A model generated the notes under the pieces. It was not told the DNA's origin. It saw only the letters and a list, made by a program, of their open reading frames with translations, and made no database searches. Positions 19,647-29,561 of a stretch of 64,000 nt of DNA are shown here, in pieces. The stretch spans positions 1-64,000 of the forward strand of contig JBBRUX010000001.1 in NCBI GenBank assembly GCA_038247415.1, read 5' to 3'. The stretch's first letter is position 1; each line of letters starts with the position of its first letter. Both the position numbers and the translations under genes were made by a program. This DNA comes from Chitinivibrionales bacterium (GTDB lineage: Bacteria; Fibrobacterota; Chitinivibrionia; Chitinivibrionales; WJKA01).

Positions 19647-21395
19647 TTACATGCTTGAGTAGGAAAACCTAACCCAAACCCTATGCTGCGCCTGATTCAT
19701 TTGAGCATCAGCAGCACTTGGTTGCTTGAGGGTGTAGGTGTAATCGTAGTCGAAGGTGACAGCGCGGAAAATTCGTATGGAGAGAGTATTAGTCCAGTTG
19801 ACATCGGGATGTGAAATGCGCTCAAAGGGCAACAAAATCTTACATTCCGATTCTAAGGTGCCAACAGGGCCCAATCGAAGTGTTACTTTTAGTGCAGCTT
19901 CTGGCCCAAATTCTGGTCGGCCATTTTGGGCGGTTCGCCGAAGAATGGTAACCTCTTTCTTTTGGCTTATGAGAGAATCAAAAAGTGCCTTTTCTGAGGA
20001 GAGATCGGGCTTGACGGTGTCTGACAACACAGAAATACCCCGAGTAAAGTCGGATTTAAAACCTAATCCAGCAAGCAAACGAGATTCAACAAATCGGCGC
20101 GAAATTAAGTTTACATTAACGCCAAGCCCTGTCTCTAATCCAAAAGGAGAAAAAGAGGGCTGCAAGAGTCGCGTACGCGAAACAGAATCGATACTTGTGA
20201 GCAAGGAATCGGAGGAAGTAAGGGCAAAATATTGTTTCTCTGCACTGGTTGTCCCATTTTTAAATATCGGAAAGATATTTGTGAGTGCTTCTAAGCGACC
20301 ATACGGCCCAAGCCATGGCAGAAATCGCCATGTAAACAAAGAAACGAGCCTTGCTTTATCGGAATTAATGGCCAGACTTCCAATATCAAACGATTGGATA
20401 GTAACACCTTCATCGAACTTAAGGGAAGTGTTCCACTCGACAGGTTCTTTTCGATAATTGAGCCGACCGCCAAAAAGAGCTGCCACAAGGGATGATACCG
20501 TGGTGGTATCGGTTTTAGCCTTGCGAAAATCTGTTGTGGCATTGAAAAAAAAGGATCCGCCGAGATCAAGCCCATATTTCCAGTCTGAGAGAAGCGTTCG
20601 AGTTGCTCTATTTGTCAACACCCCGCCGCCCATAATTTTCATCTCACTTATGTTATTGAGAACCAGCTGAACATGCGTTAATTCTCCCGACATCAATCGA
20701 ACAGTGATATAATTAGTTTGAGTGTTATAGCTCTGACCTACGCCAAATATTTTATACAGTCCTGGTTTGAGAATCCATGTTTTAGGCTCCTCCCCAAGAT
20801 CGGGATCTGCCCCGTAGGCTCTGCCAAACGACTCAAATTCATCGATCCGCGCTAACTCATATTCTCCCTTAACCGCGATATTGTTTTCGTCAACAACCTC
20901 AATAGCAAGGCCCGAAAAATCGGGGGCAACGGTAGTTATTTCTCCTTCGGTTACAACAACCTGACGTATCATTCTTTGTTCATGACTCCCCGAGCCAAAA
21001 ACGGCAAAATAGTTACCCGCCATCACATTAATTTTTTTACCAGATTTGCCTGTTGCAATCGAATTTCCTGTTGCATCTAGAATATCTACATCGGGTTCCA
21101 AGGTACTATTTGTTAGTCGGGGAATAAAAATCGACCCCTTGCCAAGAGGAGTAAATGAAGCATCTGAAGCCACTTGTAAAGCAATGCCCGGCGCGTCCCA
21201 GCTTAGTTGGGCAGCATCAAGCCATCCAACCGAAGTTGGTATATCACGCGGAATAGTCGCTTGTATGCTATCGATGTGCGCTTCTTCTGCCGAAACCGAG
21301 TTTGTAATATCTTCTCCCGGTAATTCTGGCGGAGGGGAAGCAAAACCCTTGACACCAAAAAAAACAAGAAAAAAGATAGTTCGGTATGAGCGCAT
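19647..21395 (-). CDS. Hypothetical outer-membrane protein (periplasmic beta-sandwich N-domains plus probable beta-barrel), last gene of the MCE operon
   Basis: Signal peptide. C-terminal half has alternating amphipathic strands and ends VWVRFSYSSM. 2 nt downstream of the PqiC-like gene. Confidence 0.6.
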   Translation of the reverse strand: MRSYRTIFFLVFFGVKGFASPPPELPGEDITNSVSAEEAHIDSIQATIPRDIPTSVGWLDAAQLSWDAPGIALQVASDASFTPLGKGSIFIPRLTNSTLEPDVDILDATGNSIATGKSGKKINVMAGNYFAVFGSGSHEQRMIRQVVVTEGEITTVAPDFSGLAIEVVDENNIAVKGEYELARIDEFESFGRAYGADPDLGEEPKTWILKPGLYKIFGVGQSYNTQTNYITVRLMSGELTHVQLVLNNISEMKIMGGGVLTNRATRTLLSDWKYGLDLGGSFFFNATTDFRKAKTDTTTVSSLVAALFGGRLNYRKEPVEWNTSLKFDEGVTIQSFDIGSLAINSDKARLVSLFTWRFLPWLGPYGRLEALTNIFPIFKNGTTSAEKQYFALTSSDSLLTSIDSVSRTRLLQPSFSPFGLETGLGVNVNLISRRFVESRLLAGLGFKSDFTRGISVLSDTVKPDLSSEKALFDSLISQKKEVTILRRTAQNGRPEFGPEAALKVTLRLGPVGTLESECKILLPFERISHPDVNWTNTLSIRIFRAVTFDYDYTYTLKQPSAADAQMNQAQHRVWVRFSYSSM

Positions 21396-21397
21396 GG

Positions 21398-22084
21398 TTA
21401 TTTGGCCATTACTGGTGCGGTGGTATCGGGTGTGTCAAAACTGCCCTGCAGCTGGACTTGAGTTTGTCCATAATCACGTGCGAGGACAAGGTCGATATCG
21501 TGAGTAGCCTGCATCATGATATATTCAAAAATTGATGACATTTCGCGAATTACGATCTCCGGCTCATTTTTTGCCACCTGCTTACGATTATCAAAATGGC
21601 GGGAATATACCACTTTATTATCGGAGAGGCGTGTGAGCCGAATCATGAGCGCAAGATGGGCAAACCATATTTTTTCGGAATCATACTCTTCAATTGCTTC
21701 GATGGTACCGCTTAATTCGTAATCGGGTTTTACACCCTCGTCGAATCTCCTGATAACACGGCTAACAATGTTGACAGAGAGCAAATGCTTGCGAATAAGA
21801 TCTGATATCATGAGCGTGGGTTTAACCGCCCAAACCCGGTATACATAATAGCGTAATTCAAAAGGACTTTGACGATACACTATTTGCGGGCGAGAATACG
21901 CTTCTTCAATTTCAAAATCCTTAAGTCGAATAACACATGGATACGGAGTTGGGTTAAGCCTCTCGGTAAGCGGAGAAGGCGCATAGGAGAGCATATAAAA
22001 TTGCTTGACAAGTACGGATGAGCACGTTACCAAAAGCCCAACCATAATACTCCCGCACAGGATAATCAAGAGGCGGTTTTTCAT
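21398..22084 (-). CDS. ABC-type transport auxiliary lipoprotein (PqiC-like)
   Basis: Lipobox LVTC, YSRPQIVYR...YRVWAVKP and DYELSGTIEAIEE. Follows the MCE gene. Confidence 0.8.
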   Translation of the reverse strand: MKNRLLIILCGSIMVGLLVTCSSVLVKQFYMLSYAPSPLTERLNPTPYPCVIRLKDFEIEEAYSRPQIVYRQSPFELRYYVYRVWAVKPTLMISDLIRKHLLSVNIVSRVIRRFDEGVKPDYELSGTIEAIEEYDSEKIWFAHLALMIRLTRLSDNKVVYSRHFDNRKQVAKNEPEIVIREMSSIFEYIMMQATHDIDLVLARDYGQTQVQLQGSFDTPDTTAPVMAK

Positions 22085-22998
22085 CGTACTACTCTTTCCT
22101 TCTGTTGTTCACCGCGTAAAAGCAGCGTCGGATTTTCCGACAATTCGCGGGTGAGTTCATTAGCGTTTGCAGATGCTTCTCTAATGTTTTTCATGGTAGA
22201 AGAAATATCTTCGCGGCTTTGCTTTAGTGTCATATTAAATGTTTCGGAGAGCTCTTTTAATGAATGCGCGGTGGAATCTACCGAACTCATGATCCGTGTT
22301 ATCTGGCCACTGGAAACATTCTTGCGAAGCTCCGACGTAAGCATACGAATATCTGTTGAAATCGAATCGACGCTGCGCAATACGTTCTGAGTAGATCTAC
22401 TCATCGATGAAATTTCTGGTCGCACATTGTCAAAAAAGCTTCGCGCATCTGCGGAGATCACTGCTGCATTATCCAAAATCTCCCGAAGCGCATGAAGACT
22501 ATCGGGATCGGTAAGCTGATTAAGATGATTGAGGAGCAATTCAATCTTGACACTAAGGGCTTCTGCCTTGCCCGTTATGGAAGCAATCACCGAACGCCGT
22601 GTCGTAATGTTAGAACCTGGCTTGAGAGCTATCCCAGTATCTGATCCACCTAGAATATCTATATACATCAAACCTGTGATCCCCATCATGCCCGACTGTG
22701 CATACATATCCTGTTTCATGGGAAACACGTCATCAATTTTAAGGGTTGCCTTAATGGAAGAGAGATTTTTGGGATCGTAACCAACTTTTACTACTTTACC
22801 TATTGGTATTCCCCTAAATTTAACCGATGCCCCTTGCTCGAGCCCCGAAAGAGACTCCCCAGAAAAGAGTGCATAGTACATAACGGTATGATCCCGCAGT
22901 CGAAGACCTACGGGAATTGCAATAAAGAGAAACATTATTACGATGCCGCACACCATAAAAATTCCAAGCCGTACTCGCTGAGCACTTGAAATACTCAT
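22081..22998 (-). CDS. mlaD: MCE/MlaD family protein with long helical C-terminus
   Basis: TM, then SLSGLEQGASVKFRGIPIGKV and GITGLMYIDI, C-terminal NPTLLLRG. Confidence 0.9.
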   Translation of the reverse strand: MSISSAQRVRLGIFMVCGIVIMFLFIAIPVGLRLRDHTVMYYALFSGESLSGLEQGASVKFRGIPIGKVVKVGYDPKNLSSIKATLKIDDVFPMKQDMYAQSGMMGITGLMYIDILGGSDTGIALKPGSNITTRRSVIASITGKAEALSVKIELLLNHLNQLTDPDSLHALREILDNAAVISADARSFFDNVRPEISSMSRSTQNVLRSVDSISTDIRMLTSELRKNVSSGQITRIMSSVDSTAHSLKELSETFNMTLKQSREDISSTMKNIREASANANELTRELSENPTLLLRGEQQKERVVR

Positions 22999-23792
22999 GA
23001 AACATTCTCCACCGTAAAGAGTTCGTCGGCATTATGGACAACAGAATCTTGGCTATCGACTCGGGCAAAAAAATTGGGTATGGGACCTTGCGTAATAGCC
23101 TGAGCTCCCGACAATTCTCCCCGATACAACAATTTTCCCTTATGCAAGAATATAATACTATCGGCGATAGCTTCGATAGAAAAAAGTTCATGCGTCACTA
23201 CCACGATCGAAATACCAAGCGATTGCTTAAGTTCCAGAAGTAGCTCATCGAGTCCTGCCGATGTAACAGGATCAAGCCCCGCCGATGGTTCGTCGCAAAA
23301 AAGAATTTCAGGGTCGAGCGCCAATGCCCTTGCGAGTGCTGCCCGTTTACGCATTCCGCCCGATAATTCCTCGGGCAGCAAATTGGCTGCATGAGAAAGC
23401 TTCACCTGCGAAAGTTTTATCGCAACAATTTCAGTAATTATTGATACTGGCAAATCGGTGTGTAACGTTAGCGGTAACGCCACGTTATCTGCAATAGAAA
23501 GCGAGCCTATAAGCGCACCGTTTTGGAAAAGAACACCAATTTTTTTAAGAACAGTAAGGGACTCATCCGAATCTGGCTCAACCAAAGAATGGCCAAGAAT
23601 TTCTATGCTCCCTGCGCGAGGACTAATGAGACCAACGATGGTTTTAAGCAATGTCGTTTTTCCACAGCCAGATGTTCCGAGAATCGCAGTAATATCCCCT
23701 CGATTGATATCGATGGAAACATCATCGAGAACAGTGCGACTGCCATAGCCCACAACAATATTTTTTGTTCGGATGAGTGGATGTTCCTGCAT
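22995..23792 (-). CDS. mlaF: MlaF-type ABC transporter ATPase
   Basis: GTSGCGKT, LFQNGAL, ELSGGMRKRAALARA, CDEPSAGLDP, VVTH. Confidence 0.93.
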   Translation of the reverse strand: MQEHPLIRTKNIVVGYGSRTVLDDVSIDINRGDITAILGTSGCGKTTLLKTIVGLISPRAGSIEILGHSLVEPDSDESLTVLKKIGVLFQNGALIGSLSIADNVALPLTLHTDLPVSIITEIVAIKLSQVKLSHAANLLPEELSGGMRKRAALARALALDPEILFCDEPSAGLDPVTSAGLDELLLELKQSLGISIVVVTHELFSIEAIADSIIFLHKGKLLYRGELSGAQAITQGPIPNFFARVDSQDSVVHNADELFTVENVS

Positions 23793-23798
23793 ATACAC

Positions 23799-24887
23799 CT
23801 AAATGACAAAAGAGAAAATGGCATCTGCAACGATAATTGCAAAAATCGCAGCTACAACGCACGATGTTGTTTCTTTGCCCACGGCTTCTGCGCCACCGCG
23901 CACTTTAAAACCAAAATAGGCACCAATCATGACAATAAGCCAGGAGAACGCTATGGACTTGAGAATTCCAGCCATAACATCCCGTATAAAGAGATTGAGC
24001 ACCAACTGCTGCCAGAAAAGCGATGCCGACAGTTCAAGATACAAAAGAGAAATTAGAAAACCGCCAGCAATACCCATCGCGGTTGAAACAATCGATAAGA
24101 ATGGCATCGTTACTGTAATCGCCCAGAATTTAGGCGTTACAACATATTGAATTGGATTTATACCCATGGTTTTCAAAGCGTCAATTTCTTCACCAACCAC
24201 CATTGTTGCAATTTCGGCTGTGGTTGCACTACCCGTGCGGCCAGCAAGGATTATTGCCGTGAGCAGCGGGCCAAGCTCGCGAATCATGGCAATGCCAATC
24301 ATGGGCGCCAGAAATGAACCAGCACCAAACTGCTTAAGTTGTATAGCCGATTGTAAAGCAAGAACCATCCCAATGAGAAAAGAGAGCAGGCCAACAATAC
24401 CCAATGCCTTAAATCCCAGCTGATACATCTGTTCGCCCAAGGCACCTTTTCTTATATCCCGCTTTTTAAATAATCCCCACGTCGACCAATACAGTGTTTC
24501 GGCACACACCGAAAGTGCCTCTTTACATTCTTCAATAAATGCAAGAGTTGCTGTCCCGAGATCCTCGAGCATTCCCATGCGAGTCAGGGTATTCGAAACT
24601 GGCGATGGGGGTTGCCATGCCGTAAGTGTTGAATGCAGATCGGCCTTAATATTTCTAATGGTGAGCGTAGAGCCGCTTGCTTTGCAGCGGCGTCCAAGAT
24701 TATAGATAAGGGCCGCTGTAGAAGAATCAAGAGATAGCGTAGATGAGAAATCAAACACGAGAGGGCGTGAGAGCGCAAGCATCACGAGAGGCCGTTGAGT
24801 ACCTACCCACACGCGGTTTGCGTGCTCTGGAACCAGTATAATGAGTTCCTGTTCGTTGTTTACCATTGCGGGTACAATGCCCTCCAT
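23799..24887 (-). CDS. mlaE: MlaE permease with N-terminal STAS-like domain
   Basis: RELGPLLTAIILAGRTGSA, EEIDAL..MGINP, GGAEAVG..TT. N-terminal FDFSSTLSLDSS is STAS-like. Start is 24887 or 24866. Confidence 0.92.
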   Translation of the reverse strand: MEGIVPAMVNNEQELIILVPEHANRVWVGTQRPLVMLALSRPLVFDFSSTLSLDSSTAALIYNLGRRCKASGSTLTIRNIKADLHSTLTAWQPPSPVSNTLTRMGMLEDLGTATLAFIEECKEALSVCAETLYWSTWGLFKKRDIRKGALGEQMYQLGFKALGIVGLLSFLIGMVLALQSAIQLKQFGAGSFLAPMIGIAMIRELGPLLTAIILAGRTGSATTAEIATMVVGEEIDALKTMGINPIQYVVTPKFWAITVTMPFLSIVSTAMGIAGGFLISLLYLELSASLFWQQLVLNLFIRDVMAGILKSIAFSWLIVMIGAYFGFKVRGGAEAVGKETTSCVVAAIFAIIVADAIFSFVI

Positions 24888-25011
24888 ATAAGAGACCTGG
24901 ATATGCAATCGAGCCACAATTAAGGCAAGAATTGAAGCATAGTCAGGATTATCAAACGACAAAGGCCATCTTGTTAGACGGCCTCTATCGAAGCGCTGCA
25001 AAAAAGCTTAT

Positions 25012-25125
25012 TTACTTTGGAGCTTTTTCGCCTTTATCTTTTTTCTTGGCATTTTTAAGCCGTGCGTTACCGTTTGATCCTTTAAAAATTTTACCTCGTT
25101 CGGTGCGTTTATCGCCTCTTCCCAT
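25012..25125 (-). CDS. thx: 30S ribosomal protein Thx (bS31), 37 aa, below the ORF-track cutoff
   Basis: MGRGDKRTERGKIFKGSNGNARLKNAKKKDKGEKAPK matches the Thx pattern MGKGD.RT.RGKI..G..G..R. Strong AGAGGAG RBS. Confidence 0.9.
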   Translation of the reverse strand: MGRGDKRTERGKIFKGSNGNARLKNAKKKDKGEKAPK

Positions 25126-25157
25126 GATCTACTCCTCTTAAGTTATGGTGATTATCG

Positions 25158-26990
25158 TTAATCGATATAGTATTTATCGAGCTTGTCTTCGATGGAAATC
25201 TTTTTGCGTTGTGCTGCAAACCACTGTGCGTAAACGGTTTGACGCTGCATCATAATGAGCCGTTGCTGCACTTGCATGACAGGATCGGTTCCCCATGGGA
25301 TTGTCTCGATTGCCTGATGAAAAAGCGGTTTAACCACATAGGCGGTTGTGCCAACAACTAAAGGCTTAGAAACAGATCCAACAGGACGGTTAAATGCTGC
25401 AATAACTGCTGCATTTTGCATGCCCACGTTAGGAATATAACGGGATTGTGTAACGGTATCGGTTGTTCCTGAGTTAACAGTAGGGTCAATCGTTTTAAGG
25501 TTTGCGATGGTAACAGCTGTTCCTGCTTTGCCAATAACCTCGGCAAGTCGCTGTGCAGCCTGTGCACCTTTTAGTGAGTCGAGGAGATGTAGCTTAATAG
25601 CGCTGCTTACACTGGCCAAAGCAGGTATGCCCCGGGGAGTCTTTTTCTTGATGCCCAGAATATAAAATCCATCTTCTCCTTCAAGCGTTTTTTCTACAAC
25701 AGCGCCATCACGATTATTAAATGCAAAATGACTTACACCCGTGACTGCATCGAGACCGTATCCAAAAGGCTTTCCTTTTATGATAGGTCCTACCGTATCA
25801 ACGACAAGTCCTGCATGCGCTATCGCAACCTTGGCAAAACCGGATTTCTCGATTTCCGAACGAAGTGAATCTGCAATTTGCTCGAGCGAATCGGAGGTTT
25901 GGGCAGAAGGCCGTATTTTACGAAGGATATGACGAGCCTTGACTTTTACTACAGAATCTTTGACCATTTCCTTTTGTTCTACAACAATCAGATGATATCC
26001 AAAAGGCGTCCTAATAGGATCGGATACAACCCCGGTATCGAGTCCGAAGGCAACCGATTCAAATGCAGGAACCATGGCGCCTCTTCCAAACCAGCCAAGC
26101 TCCCCGCCTTGTGCAGCAGAACCCTCATCATCCGATTCGACTTTCGCTTCATCGGCAAAGGCTGCTTCATGAGACATAACACGTTTTTTGATATCTGAAA
26201 GTTCACTGACAAATTCAGCCTCGTCGGCTGCGCCAGCTACCTTTGGAACCTTTACATAATACAAGACTGCCTGTTCATCTGAGAAGAGGGAGTCGCTTTT
26301 TGCCTTATAAAAATTTTCGATCATTGCAGGAGTAACAGTATTTGAATCGAGAGAAAGCGTAGCTCCAGCAAATGCAGCATACTCAAAAACAGCACGTTCA
26401 TTGTCTTCGCGGTAAGCATGGGCAACTTCCACTTTTGTAACCAGGACTGAAGCATCGATCAAGCGCTGAAGTTGCTGCATGGGAACAACCATATCCCGGA
26501 TCTGCTTTTCAAACATCCGCATGCCTTCGTTATCGAGGTTTGCGGGATTTGTTAAAAATTGTTCGAACTTGCTGGTATCAAATACCCCATTGGTCTGAAA
26601 TTCTTTACTTTCCGTTACTTGCGCAGGGGGGTTATTGCGGATATACTGGAAAATTTCTTCGGCAGAGGCAGAGAGCCCCATTAACTGAAAGCTATTTTGA
26701 AGAATTGAGCGAGAAATTTTATTTTCCCATACCTGCCGGGGCACCATACGCGATTCCTGCGACGAAATATCTGCACCGTTTTTGCTCTCACGCAGTTTTT
26801 CGCGTTCAGCCTGTACCTCGCGATCAAACCCATCGATGCCGACAGCCTCCTTACCGATCTTCCCCACAACTTGAGATTTGCCGCCATCTCCTGTGACATC
26901 CATACCCCACGAAAAGACAATTGTCGCCAAAAAAGCACCGATAACAATTATCATTATTAAGGGAATATGATCCCTCAGCTTCATCATCAT
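25158..26990 (-). CDS. ppiD: Peptidyl-prolyl isomerase, PpiD/SurA-like (N-terminal TM, parvulin domain)
   Basis: MMMKLR...FLATIVFSWG, S.DEGSAAQGGELGWF.RG.MVPAFE, TPFGYHLI. Confidence 0.85.
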   Translation of the reverse strand: MMMKLRDHIPLIMIIVIGAFLATIVFSWGMDVTGDGGKSQVVGKIGKEAVGIDGFDREVQAEREKLRESKNGADISSQESRMVPRQVWENKISRSILQNSFQLMGLSASAEEIFQYIRNNPPAQVTESKEFQTNGVFDTSKFEQFLTNPANLDNEGMRMFEKQIRDMVVPMQQLQRLIDASVLVTKVEVAHAYREDNERAVFEYAAFAGATLSLDSNTVTPAMIENFYKAKSDSLFSDEQAVLYYVKVPKVAGAADEAEFVSELSDIKKRVMSHEAAFADEAKVESDDEGSAAQGGELGWFGRGAMVPAFESVAFGLDTGVVSDPIRTPFGYHLIVVEQKEMVKDSVVKVKARHILRKIRPSAQTSDSLEQIADSLRSEIEKSGFAKVAIAHAGLVVDTVGPIIKGKPFGYGLDAVTGVSHFAFNNRDGAVVEKTLEGEDGFYILGIKKKTPRGIPALASVSSAIKLHLLDSLKGAQAAQRLAEVIGKAGTAVTIANLKTIDPTVNSGTTDTVTQSRYIPNVGMQNAAVIAAFNRPVGSVSKPLVVGTTAYVVKPLFHQAIETIPWGTDPVMQVQQRLIMMQRQTVYAQWFAAQRKKISIEDKLDKYYID

Positions 26991-27039
26991 ACAAACAATC
27001 TCCCGAAAAAATGTGGCCTGCTATTTTAAAAGCTTTCGC

Positions 27040-28854
27040 TTATTTCCCTTTGAGCAACCGAGAATAGAGCGATGGATTACCCAAAATATCTATGGCTGCC
27101 TTGAGCTCGGTATCATTATTAAGCCGGGCACGATAAACAATTTCATTGTCTTGTCCAAAAACCTGCGCTAACATTGCTTCGCGCAAAAAGGTGCGAATTT
27201 CAGCATCATGGGCGCCAAATTCGCGACCACGTTCTTCAACCAAGATCTTTTCGATTTTAGCGGAGAGATCTTTAACTGCTATTTTTTCTGCGGCGCTTAA
27301 GGAAATCGAATCGAACCGAGCCGTTTTAGCAGTATCTTTTACACTATCGATTACTCCAACACGCTTTTTGAAGTCTTCAAAAATAATTTGGGCGTTGGAG
27401 CGGTATTTGAATTTTATTGAATCGAGGAAATTTTTAAAATCAGCCATCACCATATCGTTGACCTTAAAATTCTCATCGATAACTATTTTTTTCTTCTCAA
27501 GACGAATATGCTCGATGGTAGAAAATCTAAAAAACATGTCGTCGCTGAGTAGCGTAAGAATAAGGGGATTAAAAAATGGAGGAATATGCACCGAATCGGG
27601 AACTATACCCCCGCCTCCATGCACAATACGTCCACCTTTAGTCTTATAAACCATTGTATCTAATGGTGTTTTCTTGTTTTTAAGAGAATCGGCGACTGCC
27701 GCTGAATCAACAGCTTCTCCATCTTCAACAACCCCTGGCTTCTTGCCACGAATGCCATTCTCGGGCTTATTGATGCAGCGTCCAGAAGGTGTGTAATAAA
27801 ATGCTGTTGTCATCTTGATTGTATGCGACGAATCGAGGGGAAGAATCGTTTGAACAGATCCTTTGCCAAACGTGGTATCTCCGAGCACTACGCCGCGATC
27901 CCAATCTTGTATTGCACCGGCAACAATTTCCGATGCAGAGGCAGATCCACCATTAACCAAGACGACTATGGGCAAAGATCCTGGGATAACTGGAGCGGAT
28001 GATGAAAACTCACGATTTTGCCCAGGCATGCGCCCCCGGGTCGAAACAACAAGAGATCCCCGTGGTAAAAACTTTGCCGATACTTCTATCGCCTGGGGTA
28101 AAAGTCCGCCCGGATTTGCGCGCAAATCAAGAACGATGCCTTTCACATTTTTAGCCAAAAGACTCTTAAGTGCCTTTTCGACCTCGGAACTAGTCTCTTC
28201 TGAAAACTGGTTGAGGCGAACATAGCCAATAGAACCAGAAATTACGCCGGCAAAAGGAACCGACTTAATCTTAATGACTTCGCGGGTGAGGGTATAGGGC
28301 AGTGGTTTCCCTTCGCTTTTTCGGACAATAGTAATTTTAACCTGGGTTTGAGGCTCTCCCCGTAATTTGCCTACTGCTTCATCGAGTTTAATTCCCTTGG
28401 TAGGTTTACCATCTATTTCTACTATCTGATCGCCTGGCTGAATACCAGCACGTGCAGCGGGTGTTCCTGCAATAGGCGTCATAACGGTTAAAACTTTTTC
28501 GCGAATAGCAATTTGAATACCTAATCCACCAAACTTACCTTCGGTGTGAATGCGCAGCTCCTCAAACTCTTTTTCATCGAAATAGGCAGTATGTGGATCG
28601 AGAATAGAGAGCATCCCATCGATGGCTTTATCGATAAGATCCTTAGAGTTCATCTCTTCGACATAGCTTTGATGCACCTTTGCAGCTAAACTTTCCAACC
28701 GAATTATATCCCCGTAAAAAGAATCGCTATCGGCGCGTGTTTGCGTATCGATAAGCAGCCCGGCAAGGACAACCAGCAATACAACTAATCCGATAAAGGG
28801 AGGACTTATTCGGGGGGACGAAGATTTACCATTTGATTCTTGTTGCACACTCAT
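27040..28854 (-). CDS. ctpA: C-terminal processing protease (S41, PDZ)
   Basis: LDPHT, GKFGGLGI, LDLRANPGGLL, catalytic SASASEIVAGA and TFGKGSVQ, YYTPSGR. Confidence 0.93.
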   Translation of the reverse strand: MSVQQESNGKSSSPRISPPFIGLVVLLVVLAGLLIDTQTRADSDSFYGDIIRLESLAAKVHQSYVEEMNSKDLIDKAIDGMLSILDPHTAYFDEKEFEELRIHTEGKFGGLGIQIAIREKVLTVMTPIAGTPAARAGIQPGDQIVEIDGKPTKGIKLDEAVGKLRGEPQTQVKITIVRKSEGKPLPYTLTREVIKIKSVPFAGVISGSIGYVRLNQFSEETSSEVEKALKSLLAKNVKGIVLDLRANPGGLLPQAIEVSAKFLPRGSLVVSTRGRMPGQNREFSSSAPVIPGSLPIVVLVNGGSASASEIVAGAIQDWDRGVVLGDTTFGKGSVQTILPLDSSHTIKMTTAFYYTPSGRCINKPENGIRGKKPGVVEDGEAVDSAAVADSLKNKKTPLDTMVYKTKGGRIVHGGGGIVPDSVHIPPFFNPLILTLLSDDMFFRFSTIEHIRLEKKKIVIDENFKVNDMVMADFKNFLDSIKFKYRSNAQIIFEDFKKRVGVIDSVKDTAKTARFDSISLSAAEKIAVKDLSAKIEKILVEERGREFGAHDAEIRTFLREAMLAQVFGQDNEIVYRARLNNDTELKAAIDILGNPSLYSRLLKGK

Positions 28855-28916
28855 TTAAACTCCTCGGTATAAAATATATTCAGCTAAACATCATGTCGCT
28901 TGCAAGGAAACCAAAC

Positions 28917-29561
28917 CTATAGAGACGCAGCACTAGGCAGCCATAATGCATCGATTCTCTCCATTACTTGACGAGTGATAACATCAGGATCCTGCGCGCC
29001 ATTAATTACAGTGCAGCGAGTTGCGTCCTCGGTTGCCATGGTTTTATATCCTGCCCTAACCTTGACAAAAAACTCCCGCCCAAGGCCTTCGAGACGATCG
29101 GCATTTTTCTGCCTGCTGACAAGTCTGGCATGTGCAGTGTCTGCATCGATATCAAATACGAACGTATGATGAGGCTTTACCCCACCGGTTGCAAAACGAT
29201 TAAGCGCCATAAGAGCATTTAAATCTCCGTGGCGTCCGTACCCTTGATATGCAAAGGTCGCAAGCTCAAAGCGATCACATAATACCACTTCGCCTGCAGC
29301 TAATGCGGGCTGAATTACTTCTTGTACATGTTGGGCCCGCGCAGCAAGATACAGCAATACCTCGCACGAATTATGCATTTCGGAATGATCGGGATCTATA
29401 AGAATACTTCTAATTTTTTCTGAGATGATAGTGCCACCTGGCTCACGACTTTGCCGATAAGCAACACCACGCTCTGCCAATATTTTGGCAATGCGCAGAA
29501 CCTGTGTTGATTTTCCACAGCCATCGATGCCTTCGAACGTTAAAAAAATGCCATTACTCAT
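28917..29561 (-). CDS. tmk: Thymidylate kinase
   Basis: [33 protein letters not shown] overlap with the secA stop. Confidence 0.95.
   Translation of the reverse strand: MSNGIFLTFEGIDGCGKSTQVLRIAKILAERGVAYRQSREPGGTIISEKIRSILIDPDHSEMHNSCEVLLYLAARAQHVQEVIQPALAAGEVVLCDRFELATFAYQGYGRHGDLNALMALNRFATGGVKPHHTFVFDIDADTAHARLVSRQKNADRLEGLGREFFVKVRAGYKTMATEDATRCTVINGAQDPDVITRQVMERIDALWLPSAASL

Noticed and set aside
19756..20457. 233-aa plus-strand ORF, and similar antisense ORFs (27146, 29504, 51464, 23523)
   Set aside because: They lie antisense within well-supported genes and are shadow ORFs without motifs.
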